64,000 nucleotides of DNA from an uncultured Clostridium sp. (GTDB lineage Bacteria > Bacillota > Clostridia > TANB77 > CAG-508). The stretch is taken from contig CABQAZ010000006.1 of assembly GCA_902462295.1 (NCBI GenBank), forward strand, positions 2,089 to 66,088, given 5' to 3'. The position numbers and the translations under genes are program-made. Each line of letters begins with the position of its first letter. The stretch's first letter is position 1. Of this stretch, positions 48,724-58,107 are shown piece by piece. The notes below the pieces were generated by a model that was given only the letters and a program-made list of their open reading frames with translations, was not told where the DNA came from and searched no databases.

Positions 48724-50610
48724 ATGGAAACAAAACAGTTTAAAGCAGAGTCAAAAAGACTACTAGATTTAATGATAAATTCAATATATACAAATAAGGA
48801 GATTTTTTTAAGAGAGCTTATTTCAAATGCAAGTGATGCGATAGACAAACTAGCATATCGTTCACTAACAGACAAAAATTTAAATGTAGACACATCAAAA
48901 TTAGAAATCAAAATAAAAGTTGACAAGGAAAATCGTCAAATAATAATAAAAGACAATGGATGTGGAATGACAGAACAAGAACTTGAAAACAATTTAGGAA
49001 CAATTGCTCAAAGTGGATCTTTAGCATTTAAAGAAGCTAATGAGAAAAAAGAAGATATTGATATAATAGGGCAATTTGGAGTAGGATTTTATTCTGCATT
49101 TATGGTAAGTGACAAAGTAACAGTTGAAAGCAAATCAGTTGATGAAGAACAAGCACATAAATGGGAATCAACAGGAGCAGAAGGCTATACAATAGAGCCA
49201 TGTGACAAACAAGATGTAGGGACAACAATAACATTACACATAAAAGAAGACAATGAAGATGAAAAATATAGCGAATTCTTAGATCAATATAAAATTCAAG
49301 AATTAATTAAAAGATATTCAGACTATATAAGACATCCAATAAAAATGGACATTGAGCATAAACATAAAAAAGAAGGAACAGAAGATGAATATGAAACACA
49401 TATAGAAATAGAAACTGTAAATAGTATGATTCCTATTTGGAAAAAAGAAAAAAGCAAGGTAACAAAGGAAGAATACAATAGTTTTTATACAGAAAAATTT
49501 AATGATTTTATGCCACCATTAAAAGTAATTCATTCATCAGTAGAAGGTCAATTCACATATAATGCATTATTATATATACCATCACATTTACCATATGATT
49601 ACTATTCACAAGAATATGAAAAAGGACTTCAATTATATTCAAATGGAGTACTTATAATGAATAAATGTAGTGAATTATTACCAGATTATTTTGGATTTGT
49701 AAAAGGATTAGTTGACAGTCCAGACTTATCTCTAAATATTTCAAGAGAAATGTTACAACATGACAGACAACTAAGAATTATAGCAAAAAATCTTGAAAAT
49801 AAGATAAAGTCAGAATTACAGAATATGTTAAAAAATGATAGAGAAGAATACGAAAAATTCTTCAATACATTTGGAATGCAATTAAAATATGGAACATATA
49901 ACAATTATGGTATGGACAAAGATAAATTAAAAGATTTATTAATGTTCTATTCTTCAACAGAAAAGAAACTTGTAACATTAGGTGAATATGTTTCAAGAAT
50001 GAAAGAGGGACAAGATACTATTTACTATGCTTCTGGTGAATCAGTAGATAAAATTGATATGCTACCACAGGTAGAGGGTATAAAAGATAAAGAATATGAA
50101 ATATTGTATTTAACTGAAAATGTTGATGAGTTTGTAATGCAAGTATTACAAGAATATGAGGGAAAGAAATTTGCTAATGTATGTGCAGATAATATAGATT
50201 TAGAATCTAAAGAAGAAAAAGAAGAACTAGAAAAAGTCAATGAAGAAAATAAATCTATGTTTGAAGTTATGAAAGAAGCTATAAATTCAGAAGTTCAAAA
50301 TATAAGATTTACACACAAATTAAAGAATCATCCAGTTTGTTTAACAAGTGAGGGAGCAGTTTCTATAGGTATGGAAAAGACATTAAATGCAATGCCTAAT
50401 AATAATGAAAATATTAAAGCACAAACTATCTTAGAGATTAATGAAAATCATCCTATTGTAAATAAACTAAAAGATTTGTATGAGAATAATAAAGATGGAC
50501 TAAAAGATTATACAAAGGTTTTATATTCTCAAGCAAGATTAATTGAGGGATTACCTATTGAAAACCCTACAGAAATTAGTAACTTAATTTGTAATTTAAT
50601 ATCAAAATAA
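48724..50610 (+). CDS. htpG: Chaperone HtpG (Hsp90)
   Basis: [21 protein letters not shown] and [13 protein letters not shown]. Confidence 0.95.
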   Translation: METKQFKAESKRLLDLMINSIYTNKEIFLRELISNASDAIDKLAYRSLTDKNLNVDTSKLEIKIKVDKENRQIIIKDNGCGMTEQELENNLGTIAQSGSLAFKEANEKKEDIDIIGQFGVGFYSAFMVSDKVTVESKSVDEEQAHKWESTGAEGYTIEPCDKQDVGTTITLHIKEDNEDEKYSEFLDQYKIQELIKRYSDYIRHPIKMDIEHKHKKEGTEDEYETHIEIETVNSMIPIWKKEKSKVTKEEYNSFYTEKFNDFMPPLKVIHSSVEGQFTYNALLYIPSHLPYDYYSQEYEKGLQLYSNGVLIMNKCSELLPDYFGFVKGLVDSPDLSLNISREMLQHDRQLRIIAKNLENKIKSELQNMLKNDREEYEKFFNTFGMQLKYGTYNNYGMDKDKLKDLLMFYSSTEKKLVTLGEYVSRMKEGQDTIYYASGESVDKIDMLPQVEGIKDKEYEILYLTENVDEFVMQVLQEYEGKKFANVCADNIDLESKEEKEELEKVNEENKSMFEVMKEAINSEVQNIRFTHKLKNHPVCLTSEGAVSIGMEKTLNAMPNNNENIKAQTILEINENHPIVNKLKDLYENNKDGLKDYTKVLYSQARLIEGLPIENPTEISNLICNLISK

Positions 50611-50618
50611 AAATAAGT

Positions 50619-50662
50619 AAATCTGTCAAAATAAGTGATTTCTATTGACAGATTTTATTTTT
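50619..50662 (+). terminator. Rho-independent terminator after htpG
   Basis: AAATCTGTCA, loop, TGACAGATTT, then a T-run. Confidence 0.8.
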
Positions 50663-50686
50663 TCTCATAAAATTTAAAATAAGATA

Positions 50687-50717
50687 TTGACTCTTCCCTT
50701 AAGGTTAGGTGTATATT
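50687..50717 (+). promoter_or_regulatory. MerR-type promoter (19-bp spacer with dyad)
   Basis: TTGACT, 19 bp containing CCTTAAGG, then TATATT. Confidence 0.55.
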
Positions 50718-50735
50718 AAATTTAGGAGGAAAAGA

Positions 50736-52625
50736 ATGTTAAAAATAGGAGAATTTGCAAAATTATTTAATGTAACAATAAAAACAATAAGATTTTATGA
50801 AGAGAAAAAGTTATTGAAGCCATGTTATATTGATAAATATTCTGGATACAGATATTATAACGAAGAAAACATTAAGCAAATGAATGAAATATTATATTTA
50901 AAAAAATTAGGTTTTTCTTTAGACGAAATAAAAAAATATGATGAAAAACTAGTTAAAACTAAAATTGAAGAATATCAAGAAAAAATTATTCAATATACTT
51001 CTAATATTAATATTCTTAAAGACATAGATAGTACAAACAAAAAGGGAGAGGAGGTTAAAAAGACTAAGAAAAAGTTTAAATTTAATGGTTATTATAAAAA
51101 AGATTATAGAATAATAGGGTTTTGGAAAACAATAGCTTTATTAAAGAAGAATCAGAAGTTTAAATATAGAAACATAGAAATAAAACATGATTTTGAACTC
51201 GAAAGAATTACTATAAATCCTGTAGAGAATGAAGTGATTGCATATATTAATAAAAAAAGTATAATAACTAAATATACTAAAAATTATATTCTAAATATCA
51301 TAGGAAATGATATTGCAAATTATTATGAATATAAAAAAATAAATGGAAAAAAATATCTATTTCTAGAATGGAAAAATGGATATTATTATGTATTAGAAAA
51401 AATAGGAGGAATTAATTTAATGGAAGAAATGTTTGAAAACAAAGAAAGAATGTACAATATTTTAACTAAAGATGGTAAAGGTCTAACTTTAGGAAAAGAC
51501 ATTATATTGCCAGAAAATAAAAGAGGAAATGTAAATGCATTAATTGTAGGAGGGAGTGGTTCTGGAAAAACAGCCTCATATACAATAACAAATATATTAA
51601 AAATGTTAGGTTCGTATATTATAGTAGATCCTCTAGGAGAAATATATGATAAAACTAATAAATATTTAAAAAATAATGGATATAAAATAAAAGTATTGAA
51701 TTATGAAAATAGGGATATAAAAAATAAAATTGATGAAGAAGATAAATATCAATATAATCCCCTAAACTATATAAAATCTGATACAGATATAGAAAATTTA
51801 GCAAACATCTTAATAGAAGATGATGGTGGTGATGAATTTTGGAATGAAGCATCAAAAAGTTTAATGAAAGCTGTAATTTATTATGTTATAGAAAAAGAAG
51901 AGAAAAAAGATTTATTAACATGTTTTAAATTATTAGGATTACCACAACAAACATTATTTGCTAAATTTGACATATTTGAAGAAAATTCAAAGGCATATAA
52001 ATATTATACAATTTTAAAAACATTTCCAGATAAAACATATCAAAGTATAGTTTCAACAGCAATATTAAAATTATCTTTTGTAATAAATGGAATAAGAGAA
52101 GAAGCTAAAGAAAATGATAATTTTAATTTTGAAGAATTGAAAGATGGAAAAGTAGCAGTATTTTTAATGTTAAATGAAAATCATAATGAAGACATTAAAT
52201 TTAACAATATTTTTATAAGTCAATTTTTAACAACATATAAAGTTGGAGATGTAGGGCAAGAATATATATATATTATGTTAGATGAAGTTGGAAGATTGGG
52301 TAAGATTTATGATTTGGCAAGAAATATGGAATTAGCAAGATGTAGAAAATTATCGATTAGTTTTATTACAAATAATATGGAAAACATAAAAGATATCTAT
52401 GGAAAAGGATATTATAATATAATGAATTCAATAGATACACAAATGCTATTAGGAACAAATATAAAATCAGATATTATGTATTTTAGTGAATTATTAAGTA
52501 TAGATCCAGATTTTATTAAAGATGAATTGAAAATTGATGAACTTTTAATATATGAAAGAGGTCTAAAGCCAATACTTGCTAAAAAATGTTATTTTTTTGA
52601 TAGTGAAGAATGGAAGAATATATAA
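50736..52625 (+). CDS. MerR-HTH fused to a T4 coupling protein (TraG/VirD4/TraD)-like P-loop ATPase, no TM segments
   Basis: N-terminus LKIGEFAKLFNVTIKTIRFYEEKKLL...YRYY. C-terminal half VGGSGSGKTAS...IVDPLGE...YIMLDEVGRLG...LLGTN. Confidence 0.7.
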   Translation: MLKIGEFAKLFNVTIKTIRFYEEKKLLKPCYIDKYSGYRYYNEENIKQMNEILYLKKLGFSLDEIKKYDEKLVKTKIEEYQEKIIQYTSNINILKDIDSTNKKGEEVKKTKKKFKFNGYYKKDYRIIGFWKTIALLKKNQKFKYRNIEIKHDFELERITINPVENEVIAYINKKSIITKYTKNYILNIIGNDIANYYEYKKINGKKYLFLEWKNGYYYVLEKIGGINLMEEMFENKERMYNILTKDGKGLTLGKDIILPENKRGNVNALIVGGSGSGKTASYTITNILKMLGSYIIVDPLGEIYDKTNKYLKNNGYKIKVLNYENRDIKNKIDEEDKYQYNPLNYIKSDTDIENLANILIEDDGGDEFWNEASKSLMKAVIYYVIEKEEKKDLLTCFKLLGLPQQTLFAKFDIFEENSKAYKYYTILKTFPDKTYQSIVSTAILKLSFVINGIREEAKENDNFNFEELKDGKVAVFLMLNENHNEDIKFNNIFISQFLTTYKVGDVGQEYIYIMLDEVGRLGKIYDLARNMELARCRKLSISFITNNMENIKDIYGKGYYNIMNSIDTQMLLGTNIKSDIMYFSELLSIDPDFIKDELKIDELLIYERGLKPILAKKCYFFDSEEWKNI

Positions 52626-52630
52626 ATTTA

Positions 52631-52662
52631 AAGAATATGTCATATGTGGCATATTCTTTTTT
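52631..52662 (+). terminator. Rho-independent terminator
   Basis: AAGAATATG, loop, CATATTCTT, then TTTT. Confidence 0.8.
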
Positions 52663-52726
52663 GCAGATTAAGAAAAATGACAAAGATATTTTTTTTGCAT
52701 AAAATATACAAATGGAGGTATTAATT

Positions 52727-53473
52727 ATGAAGAGTATATTGGAAGTAAAAGATATTTGCAAAACATATCAAGCACAAAATGGTGAAATAGAGGCATTAAA
52801 AAATATAAGTTTTGATGTAAAAGAAGGAGAATATATAAGTATAATAGGACCAAGTGGATGTGGGAAATCAACACTATTGTCTATAATTTCAGGTCTTGAA
52901 AGCAAAAGTTCAGGAGAAATTTACATAGATGGAAAGATTGGATATATGTTACAAAAAGATAATCTTCTGGAATGGAGGACAATATATAAAAATGTATTGC
53001 TTGGTTTGGAAATCCAAAAAGAAAACACATTAGAAAATAGAAAATATGTGGAGAGTTTATTGAAAAAATATGGATTATATGAATTTAAAGATAAGTATCC
53101 AACTCAGCTTTCTGGTGGTATGAGACAAAGAGTTGCTTTAATTAGAACTCTTGCTATTCGTCCTAAGATTTTATTGTTAGATGAGGCTTTTTCTGCTTTG
53201 GATTATCAAACAAGATTAATGGTTACTGAGGATATTTTTAAAATTTTAAAGGCTGAAAATATTACTGCATTAATGGTGACTCATGATATATCAGAAGCAA
53301 TAAGTATGTCAGACAGAGTAATAGTATTAACAGAAAGACCAGCAACAGTAAAATGTATACACAATATAAATTTTGAGATGAAAAATAGAACACCACTAAA
53401 TTGTAGAGAAAATCCTAAATTTAGTAAATATTTTAATTTAATGTGGAAAGAACTTGGAGAAAAAAATATATAA
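52727..53473 (+). CDS. ABC importer ATPase (NitT/TauT family)
   Basis: GPSGCGKST, LSGGMRQRVALIRTL and LLLDEAFSALD. Confidence 0.9.
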   Translation: MKSILEVKDICKTYQAQNGEIEALKNISFDVKEGEYISIIGPSGCGKSTLLSIISGLESKSSGEIYIDGKIGYMLQKDNLLEWRTIYKNVLLGLEIQKENTLENRKYVESLLKKYGLYEFKDKYPTQLSGGMRQRVALIRTLAIRPKILLLDEAFSALDYQTRLMVTEDIFKILKAENITALMVTHDISEAISMSDRVIVLTERPATVKCIHNINFEMKNRTPLNCRENPKFSKYFNLMWKELGEKNI

Positions 53474-53475
53474 AA

Positions 53476-53503
53476 AGCCTCTGGAAATACCAGAGACTTT
53501 TTG
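53476..53503. terminator. Bidirectional hairpin between convergent genes
   Basis: AGCCTCTGG, loop, CCAGAGACT, flanked by A- and T-runs. Confidence 0.65.
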
Positions 53504-53515
53504 CATTAGAGAGCA

Positions 53516-54919
53516 TTAAATTCTGTCAAAAAGAATAGAAACATTTTTTAAAGCAGTAAATGGTTCAATATGGATATATTCCCAATTACAGCCTGTTTTA
53601 CCGAAAAAGTTAAATACTTTCTGAGATGAATCAGGGATAAATGGCTCATACAAATTTGCGATGTTGATAATTAGCTCAAGACATGTAAGTGTAACATTAT
53701 TGAAATCATCAATATTTTCTTTGACTGAAACCCAAGGTTTGTGAGTATCATAATATTTGTTTGCATATTGTACCAATTCACTGATTTTTGATATAGCAGG
53801 TTTTATTCTGCCCTGTTCAATTAATTCACTAACCACATCATAAGTTTTTGAAACATATAATTTAACATTTTCGTCAATAGTTCCATTTGGAATTACACCA
53901 TTAAACTTTTTGACTAAAAAGGCTAAGTTGCGGTTAACAAAATTTCCATATTCACCGACTAATTTTTTATTATGGAGTTGAATCAACATTTCATAACTAA
54001 AATTAGAATCTTTTTGTTCAGGGGCTTGAGAGAGCATATAATATCTGATAGTATCTGAACTGTATTTTTCAATAAGTTCTTTGGCTGTTACGCCATTTCC
54101 TTGGCTTTTGGAGATTTTTTCATCATTTACATTAAGATATTCACTAGAAATCATGTAATCTGGTAAATGATAATCTTCTTTCAAAGAAAGTAATAATGCC
54201 GGATAGATAATTGTATGGAATGGAATATTGTCTTTACCATGAATAAAATAAGATTTTACGTTATTGTTTTTGTAAAAATTTCTCCAATTTAAATCATGTT
54301 GTTTACAATAATATTTCCCTGCTGAGATATATCCGAGTACTGCATCAATCCAGACATAAATTTTTTTGTCATCATATCCTTTAAATGGAACATCAATTCC
54401 CCATTCAAGTTGACGTGTAATGGCACGGTCACGTAATCCGGCTTTTAAATATTTTTTCGATTCATTAATTGCATTAAAACGCCAGGAATCTTCATGTGCG
54501 GAAATAAAAGTTTTAATTTCATTTTGAAAAGAACTAAGTTTCCAATAAAGATGTCCGTCTTTTCTGTAAAGGTAACCATTGTCAAGAAGTTTTCTGATGC
54601 AAGTTCTTACAAAACTTTTGTGATATGTATTACATGTTAAAGTGTAATTATCATAAGAAAAGTTTAGTTTGTCAAAACAGTAACAGAATTCTTCATGATA
54701 CCGATGAACGATATCTAAAGCTTTGCAGTGTTCTTTACGAGCTCTAATTGTGATAGGTGTACCATGTGAATCTGTACCAGAAACATATAATACATTGTCT
54801 CCATTTTTTCGATAGTATCTTGCAATAACATCTCCTGGAAGAAGTGCAGCAATGTGCCCTACATGTAGATGACCATTAGCATATGGCCAAGCACCTCCTA
54901 TAAAAATATTCTGCTTCAT
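53516..54919 (-). CDS. Methionyl-tRNA synthetase-like class I enzyme lacking the CP zinc-knuckle insertion (467 aa)
   Basis: WPYANGHLHVGH (HIGH), KISKS (KMSKS), YVWIDAVLGY and an anticodon-domain helix bundle. GYLYRKD runs directly into GHLYWKLSSF where MetRS normally has about 60 aa. Confidence 0.75.
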   Translation of the reverse strand: MKQNIFIGGAWPYANGHLHVGHIAALLPGDVIARYYRKNGDNVLYVSGTDSHGTPITIRARKEHCKALDIVHRYHEEFCYCFDKLNFSYDNYTLTCNTYHKSFVRTCIRKLLDNGYLYRKDGHLYWKLSSFQNEIKTFISAHEDSWRFNAINESKKYLKAGLRDRAITRQLEWGIDVPFKGYDDKKIYVWIDAVLGYISAGKYYCKQHDLNWRNFYKNNNVKSYFIHGKDNIPFHTIIYPALLLSLKEDYHLPDYMISSEYLNVNDEKISKSQGNGVTAKELIEKYSSDTIRYYMLSQAPEQKDSNFSYEMLIQLHNKKLVGEYGNFVNRNLAFLVKKFNGVIPNGTIDENVKLYVSKTYDVVSELIEQGRIKPAISKISELVQYANKYYDTHKPWVSVKENIDDFNNVTLTCLELIINIANLYEPFIPDSSQKVFNFFGKTGCNWEYIHIEPFTALKNVSILFDRI

Positions 54920-55139
54920 TGTTTTTGCCTCCTTTTAACATGTTGTGTAACTATCAAAAGTATATAGAGATAGTTACTATAAATTAATAGTAACAATATA
55001 AAAACATTTGACAGTATTATACGAAAAATGGAAATATAAGTCAACAAAAATAGAAAAATTTGGTAAATTTTTAAAACAATTTATAATAAATATTGAAATT
55101 TTTAGTATATTGTAATATAGTAAAAAACGAGGTGTCACG

Positions 55140-55640
55140 ATGGAAAAAAGAGATTTATATAATAAATATAAGGAAAATACGCAATATACAATATTAAAAG
55201 AACAAGAAACGCCAGAAAATTATTATACATTGGTTGTAACAGTTCTTATACAAAATTCTAAAGATGAAATATTAATCCAGAAAAGAAGCAAAGAAAAAGG
55301 TGGAGAATATGGTTTAACTTCAGGTCATCCAAAATCAGGAGAGACTAGCTTAAGTGGAATGATAACTGAAATTAAAGAAGAATTAGGTGTTGAAGCATAT
55401 CCACATGAATTAAAATTAATGTATTCAGAAAGAGATGATATAAATAAATGCTTTTATGATTTATATTACTTAAAAAAAGACTATAAAAAAGAAAAAATGC
55501 TGTTACAGAAAGAAGAAGTAGATAAAGTTTATTGGTTGCCAGAAGAGAAAATAAATGAATTATGCAAAAATGGAGAGTTTAAAGAAAGCCATATAGAGGC
55601 ATTTAAAATTTTAATGAAAAAAATTAATGGAAAATATTGA
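55140..55640 (+). CDS. NUDIX hydrolase
   Basis: Nudix box GHPKSGETSLSGMITEIKEELGV. Confidence 0.8.
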   Translation: MEKRDLYNKYKENTQYTILKEQETPENYYTLVVTVLIQNSKDEILIQKRSKEKGGEYGLTSGHPKSGETSLSGMITEIKEELGVEAYPHELKLMYSERDDINKCFYDLYYLKKDYKKEKMLLQKEEVDKVYWLPEEKINELCKNGEFKESHIEAFKILMKKINGKY

Positions 55641-55699
55641 CAAATATAAATTGTAGGTATAAAATGGTAAAAACTGGAATAAAAGGAGGGCGAACAAAT

Positions 55700-56686
55700 A
55701 TGCCTATGGTTGCTCAATGGGATATAAATGATGATTGTAATCTTAATTGTAAACATTGCAGAGTTTTAGAAAAAAATACAAAAGAAAAAGAGTTAACATT
55801 AGAACAAGCAAAAAGTTTATTATCCCAGTTATATTACTGTGGTACAACCAAATTAAATCTTTCAGGAGGAGAACCATTTTTAAGAAAAGACTTATTTGAA
55901 ATATTAGATTATGCCACAAAATTTGAAGATATAGTAATAACAACAAATTGTACATTGATAAATGAAAAAACAGCAAAAAAATTAGCTCAATATCCAAATG
56001 TAAGATTATCAATAAGTATAGATGGAATGCAAGAAATTCATGATAAATTCAGAGGAAGAAAAGGAACATTTCAAAAAGTAGTTGATACACTACCTATATT
56101 AAAAGAAAATGGAGTCAAATTTTCAATAAGGTATACACTTACAAAAGAAACGATAAAAGACGCAAAAGAAGTATTGAGATTAGCAAGTAAAAATGGAGCA
56201 GATGAATTTAATACAAGAAGAGTTATATTAACAGGTAATGCAAGTGAAGATTTAATGATATCTAATGACGAATATAAAAAAATAATCAAAGATTTGATAC
56301 AAGAATGTAAAAAATTAAACATAAAATTCAGAACAGGAGATCCATTACTAATTCCAATATTTCCAGAAGTATTTGGAATTGATTTAAAAGAAGCAAGTCA
56401 ATATTATGCAGGATGTGAAGCTGGAGATGAGATTATATATATTGATTTTAAAGGAAATGTAGGCGCATGTTCATATATTCCTATGTTTGCAGATAATATC
56501 AAAGATAAAGCATTAGATGAAATTTTAAAAAATAACAAATTATTTGTCACACTAAAAGAGTATAAAGAAAGCTTAAAAGGAAAATGTAAAGAGTGTACAT
56601 ATAAAATGATATGTGGAGGATGTAGAGCTACAGCATTATCGCTAAAAAAATCATTGCTAGAAGAGGACCCTTTATGTTTGTTATAG
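55700..56686 (+). CDS. Radical SAM enzyme with C-terminal SPASM-type Cys cluster
   Basis: CNLNCKHC (CxxxCxxC) at residues 13-20, GGEP, and C-terminal GCEAG...GACSY...CKECTYKMICGGCRA. ATG 55700 follows AAGGAGG. Confidence 0.85.
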   Translation: MPMVAQWDINDDCNLNCKHCRVLEKNTKEKELTLEQAKSLLSQLYYCGTTKLNLSGGEPFLRKDLFEILDYATKFEDIVITTNCTLINEKTAKKLAQYPNVRLSISIDGMQEIHDKFRGRKGTFQKVVDTLPILKENGVKFSIRYTLTKETIKDAKEVLRLASKNGADEFNTRRVILTGNASEDLMISNDEYKKIIKDLIQECKKLNIKFRTGDPLLIPIFPEVFGIDLKEASQYYAGCEAGDEIIYIDFKGNVGACSYIPMFADNIKDKALDEILKNNKLFVTLKEYKESLKGKCKECTYKMICGGCRATALSLKKSLLEEDPLCLL

Positions 56687-56754
56687 TTATTAACATTGCA
56701 ATTTTTGCAATACATATAAATTTAATAGGTTAATTACCTAGAAAGGAGTTCAAA

Positions 56755-56862
56755 ATGAAAAAAGAAGTAATGAAAACAGAGGTAAAAAACAAACCAGTAA
56801 ATGAAGTGAAAAATGAAACAAATAATAAAAAGAAAATACTTACATGTAGAATGTGCGGATAA
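56755..56862 (+). CDS. 35-aa Lys/Asn-rich peptide ending in ILTCRMCG (candidate RiPP precursor; not in the ORF track)
   Basis: AAAGGAG RBS 7 nt before the ATG. Encodes MKKEVMKTEVKNKPVNEVKNETNNKKKILTCRMCG*. A strong terminator follows directly. Confidence 0.6.
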   Translation: MKKEVMKTEVKNKPVNEVKNETNNKKKILTCRMCG

Positions 56863-56872
56863 GATAATTTTA

Positions 56873-56906
56873 AAAGGTGACAATTTTGATTATGTCACCT
56901 TTTTAT
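56873..56906 (+). terminator. Rho-independent terminator after the small peptide ORF
   Basis: AAAGGTGACA, loop, TGTCACCTTT, then TTATT. Confidence 0.85.
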
Positions 56907-56919
56907 TAATATAGAGAGG

Positions 56920-57255
56920 ATGATAGAAGTGAGTATATTTCCAAAAAAGGTAGTAAAAGGTAAAGACATGTTTACAACATTTCATATGAAAATTTGTAAT
57001 AATTCAAATGAAGATGTTAGTGGGCAGATTAGATATAAAGTAGTTATGCCAAATGGGAAAATAGACGAATTTAATTTAAATAGAACAGAGGAAATAAAAG
57101 CAGAGTCTGAGTTAAATAAATATGATAAATATTATATAAAAGATAATTTTCCAATAGGAAGATATTTTGTAGATGGTACATTTTGGTGGGACGGTATGAA
57201 TATATTATCAGAAACAAATAAAAATGATTTTTTTGATGTGGTAGAAAGGGAGTAA
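56920..57255 (+). CDS. Hypothetical protein (111 aa)
   Basis: ORF. No family recognised. Confidence 0.5.
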   Translation: MIEVSIFPKKVVKGKDMFTTFHMKICNNSNEDVSGQIRYKVVMPNGKIDEFNLNRTEEIKAESELNKYDKYYIKDNFPIGRYFVDGTFWWDGMNILSETNKNDFFDVVERE

Positions 57256-57256
57256 T

Positions 57257-57979
57257 ATGAGAAAAATAGATGGATTAAAATTTTTACAAAAAAATTTTCC
57301 TAATTTAACAGTTGATTGTTTATTTGTAGATAAAGTTGAAAATTTGGATGAAAAACAATTGGAAAAAAGCAAATTATGGAGAGTGCGAGGTGGACGTACA
57401 ATAGGCTCGGAATTAAATTTGCCACAAGGTACTTTTTCAGATAAAAAAGAATTGAAAAAATTTATGAAAGAACAGAAACAAAAAGATAAAAATATGGAGT
57501 TTGTAATTCATAGAGTATCACCAGAGTATTTTTCCGCACCTTTTGTAGGAACTTTAGCTGTATATAATAAAGGTGATAGACCAGGAATAAAGATTGAATT
57601 ACAAGAAGTTACTAAAGAATTAGTTGATTCAATCGATAAAGGAAAAAGACCAAGAGATTGGGAAGCGAGCCTAATACTTGATTATGAATTTTTAAGTAAA
57701 GCTCCAAAAGTTTTAAAAAAATCTCCTAATTTGAATATGGATTTCTTGAAATATCCTATAGTTGTTATCCATGAGATTGGTGAGCAAATTTTTGAATTAT
57801 ATGAAAATAATGGACAAGAAGCGGAGACTTATACAAGATTTAATATTTATGATTTAGGACAAGTTGTTTTAGATGACCATAGAAGTAAAGAATCCTTTAT
57901 GGAAAAATATAAGTTTACGCCATCTCCTATAACTAATTCTAAATCGTGTAAAAACACTAAAAAAGAGATTGAACGATGA
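57257..57979 (+). CDS. Hypothetical protein (240 aa)
   Basis: ORF abutting the previous one (its ATG begins 1 nt after the stop). No family recognised. Confidence 0.55.
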   Translation: MRKIDGLKFLQKNFPNLTVDCLFVDKVENLDEKQLEKSKLWRVRGGRTIGSELNLPQGTFSDKKELKKFMKEQKQKDKNMEFVIHRVSPEYFSAPFVGTLAVYNKGDRPGIKIELQEVTKELVDSIDKGKRPRDWEASLILDYEFLSKAPKVLKKSPNLNMDFLKYPIVVIHEIGEQIFELYENNGQEAETYTRFNIYDLGQVVLDDHRSKESFMEKYKFTPSPITNSKSCKNTKKEIER

Positions 57980-58029
57980 TTTTTACAGAGAGGGTACAAT
58001 GTATCCTCTTGATTTTTTCTAAGACATTT

Positions 58030-58106
58030 AATTATCACATCAATATTGAATTTTACATAAAATATACAAGAAATACAAATGTAAAATTGAAAGTGATGTG
58101 ATAATT
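58030..58106 (+). promoter_or_regulatory. Long imperfect hairpin ending 1 nt before the permease start codon
   Basis: AATTATCACATC (58030-58041) pairs with GATGTGATAATT (58095-58106). Inner arms TTGAATTTTACA and TGTAAAATTGAA extend it. Confidence 0.5.
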
Positions 58107-58107
58107 T

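Noticed and set aside
52626-52726. TPP riboswitch expected for an NMT1/THI5-type ABC importer; also checked at 58020-58107.
   Set aside because: No CTGAGA...ACCTGATCTGGATAATGCCAGCG-type THI-box elements. 52631-52662 is just the terminator of the preceding gene.
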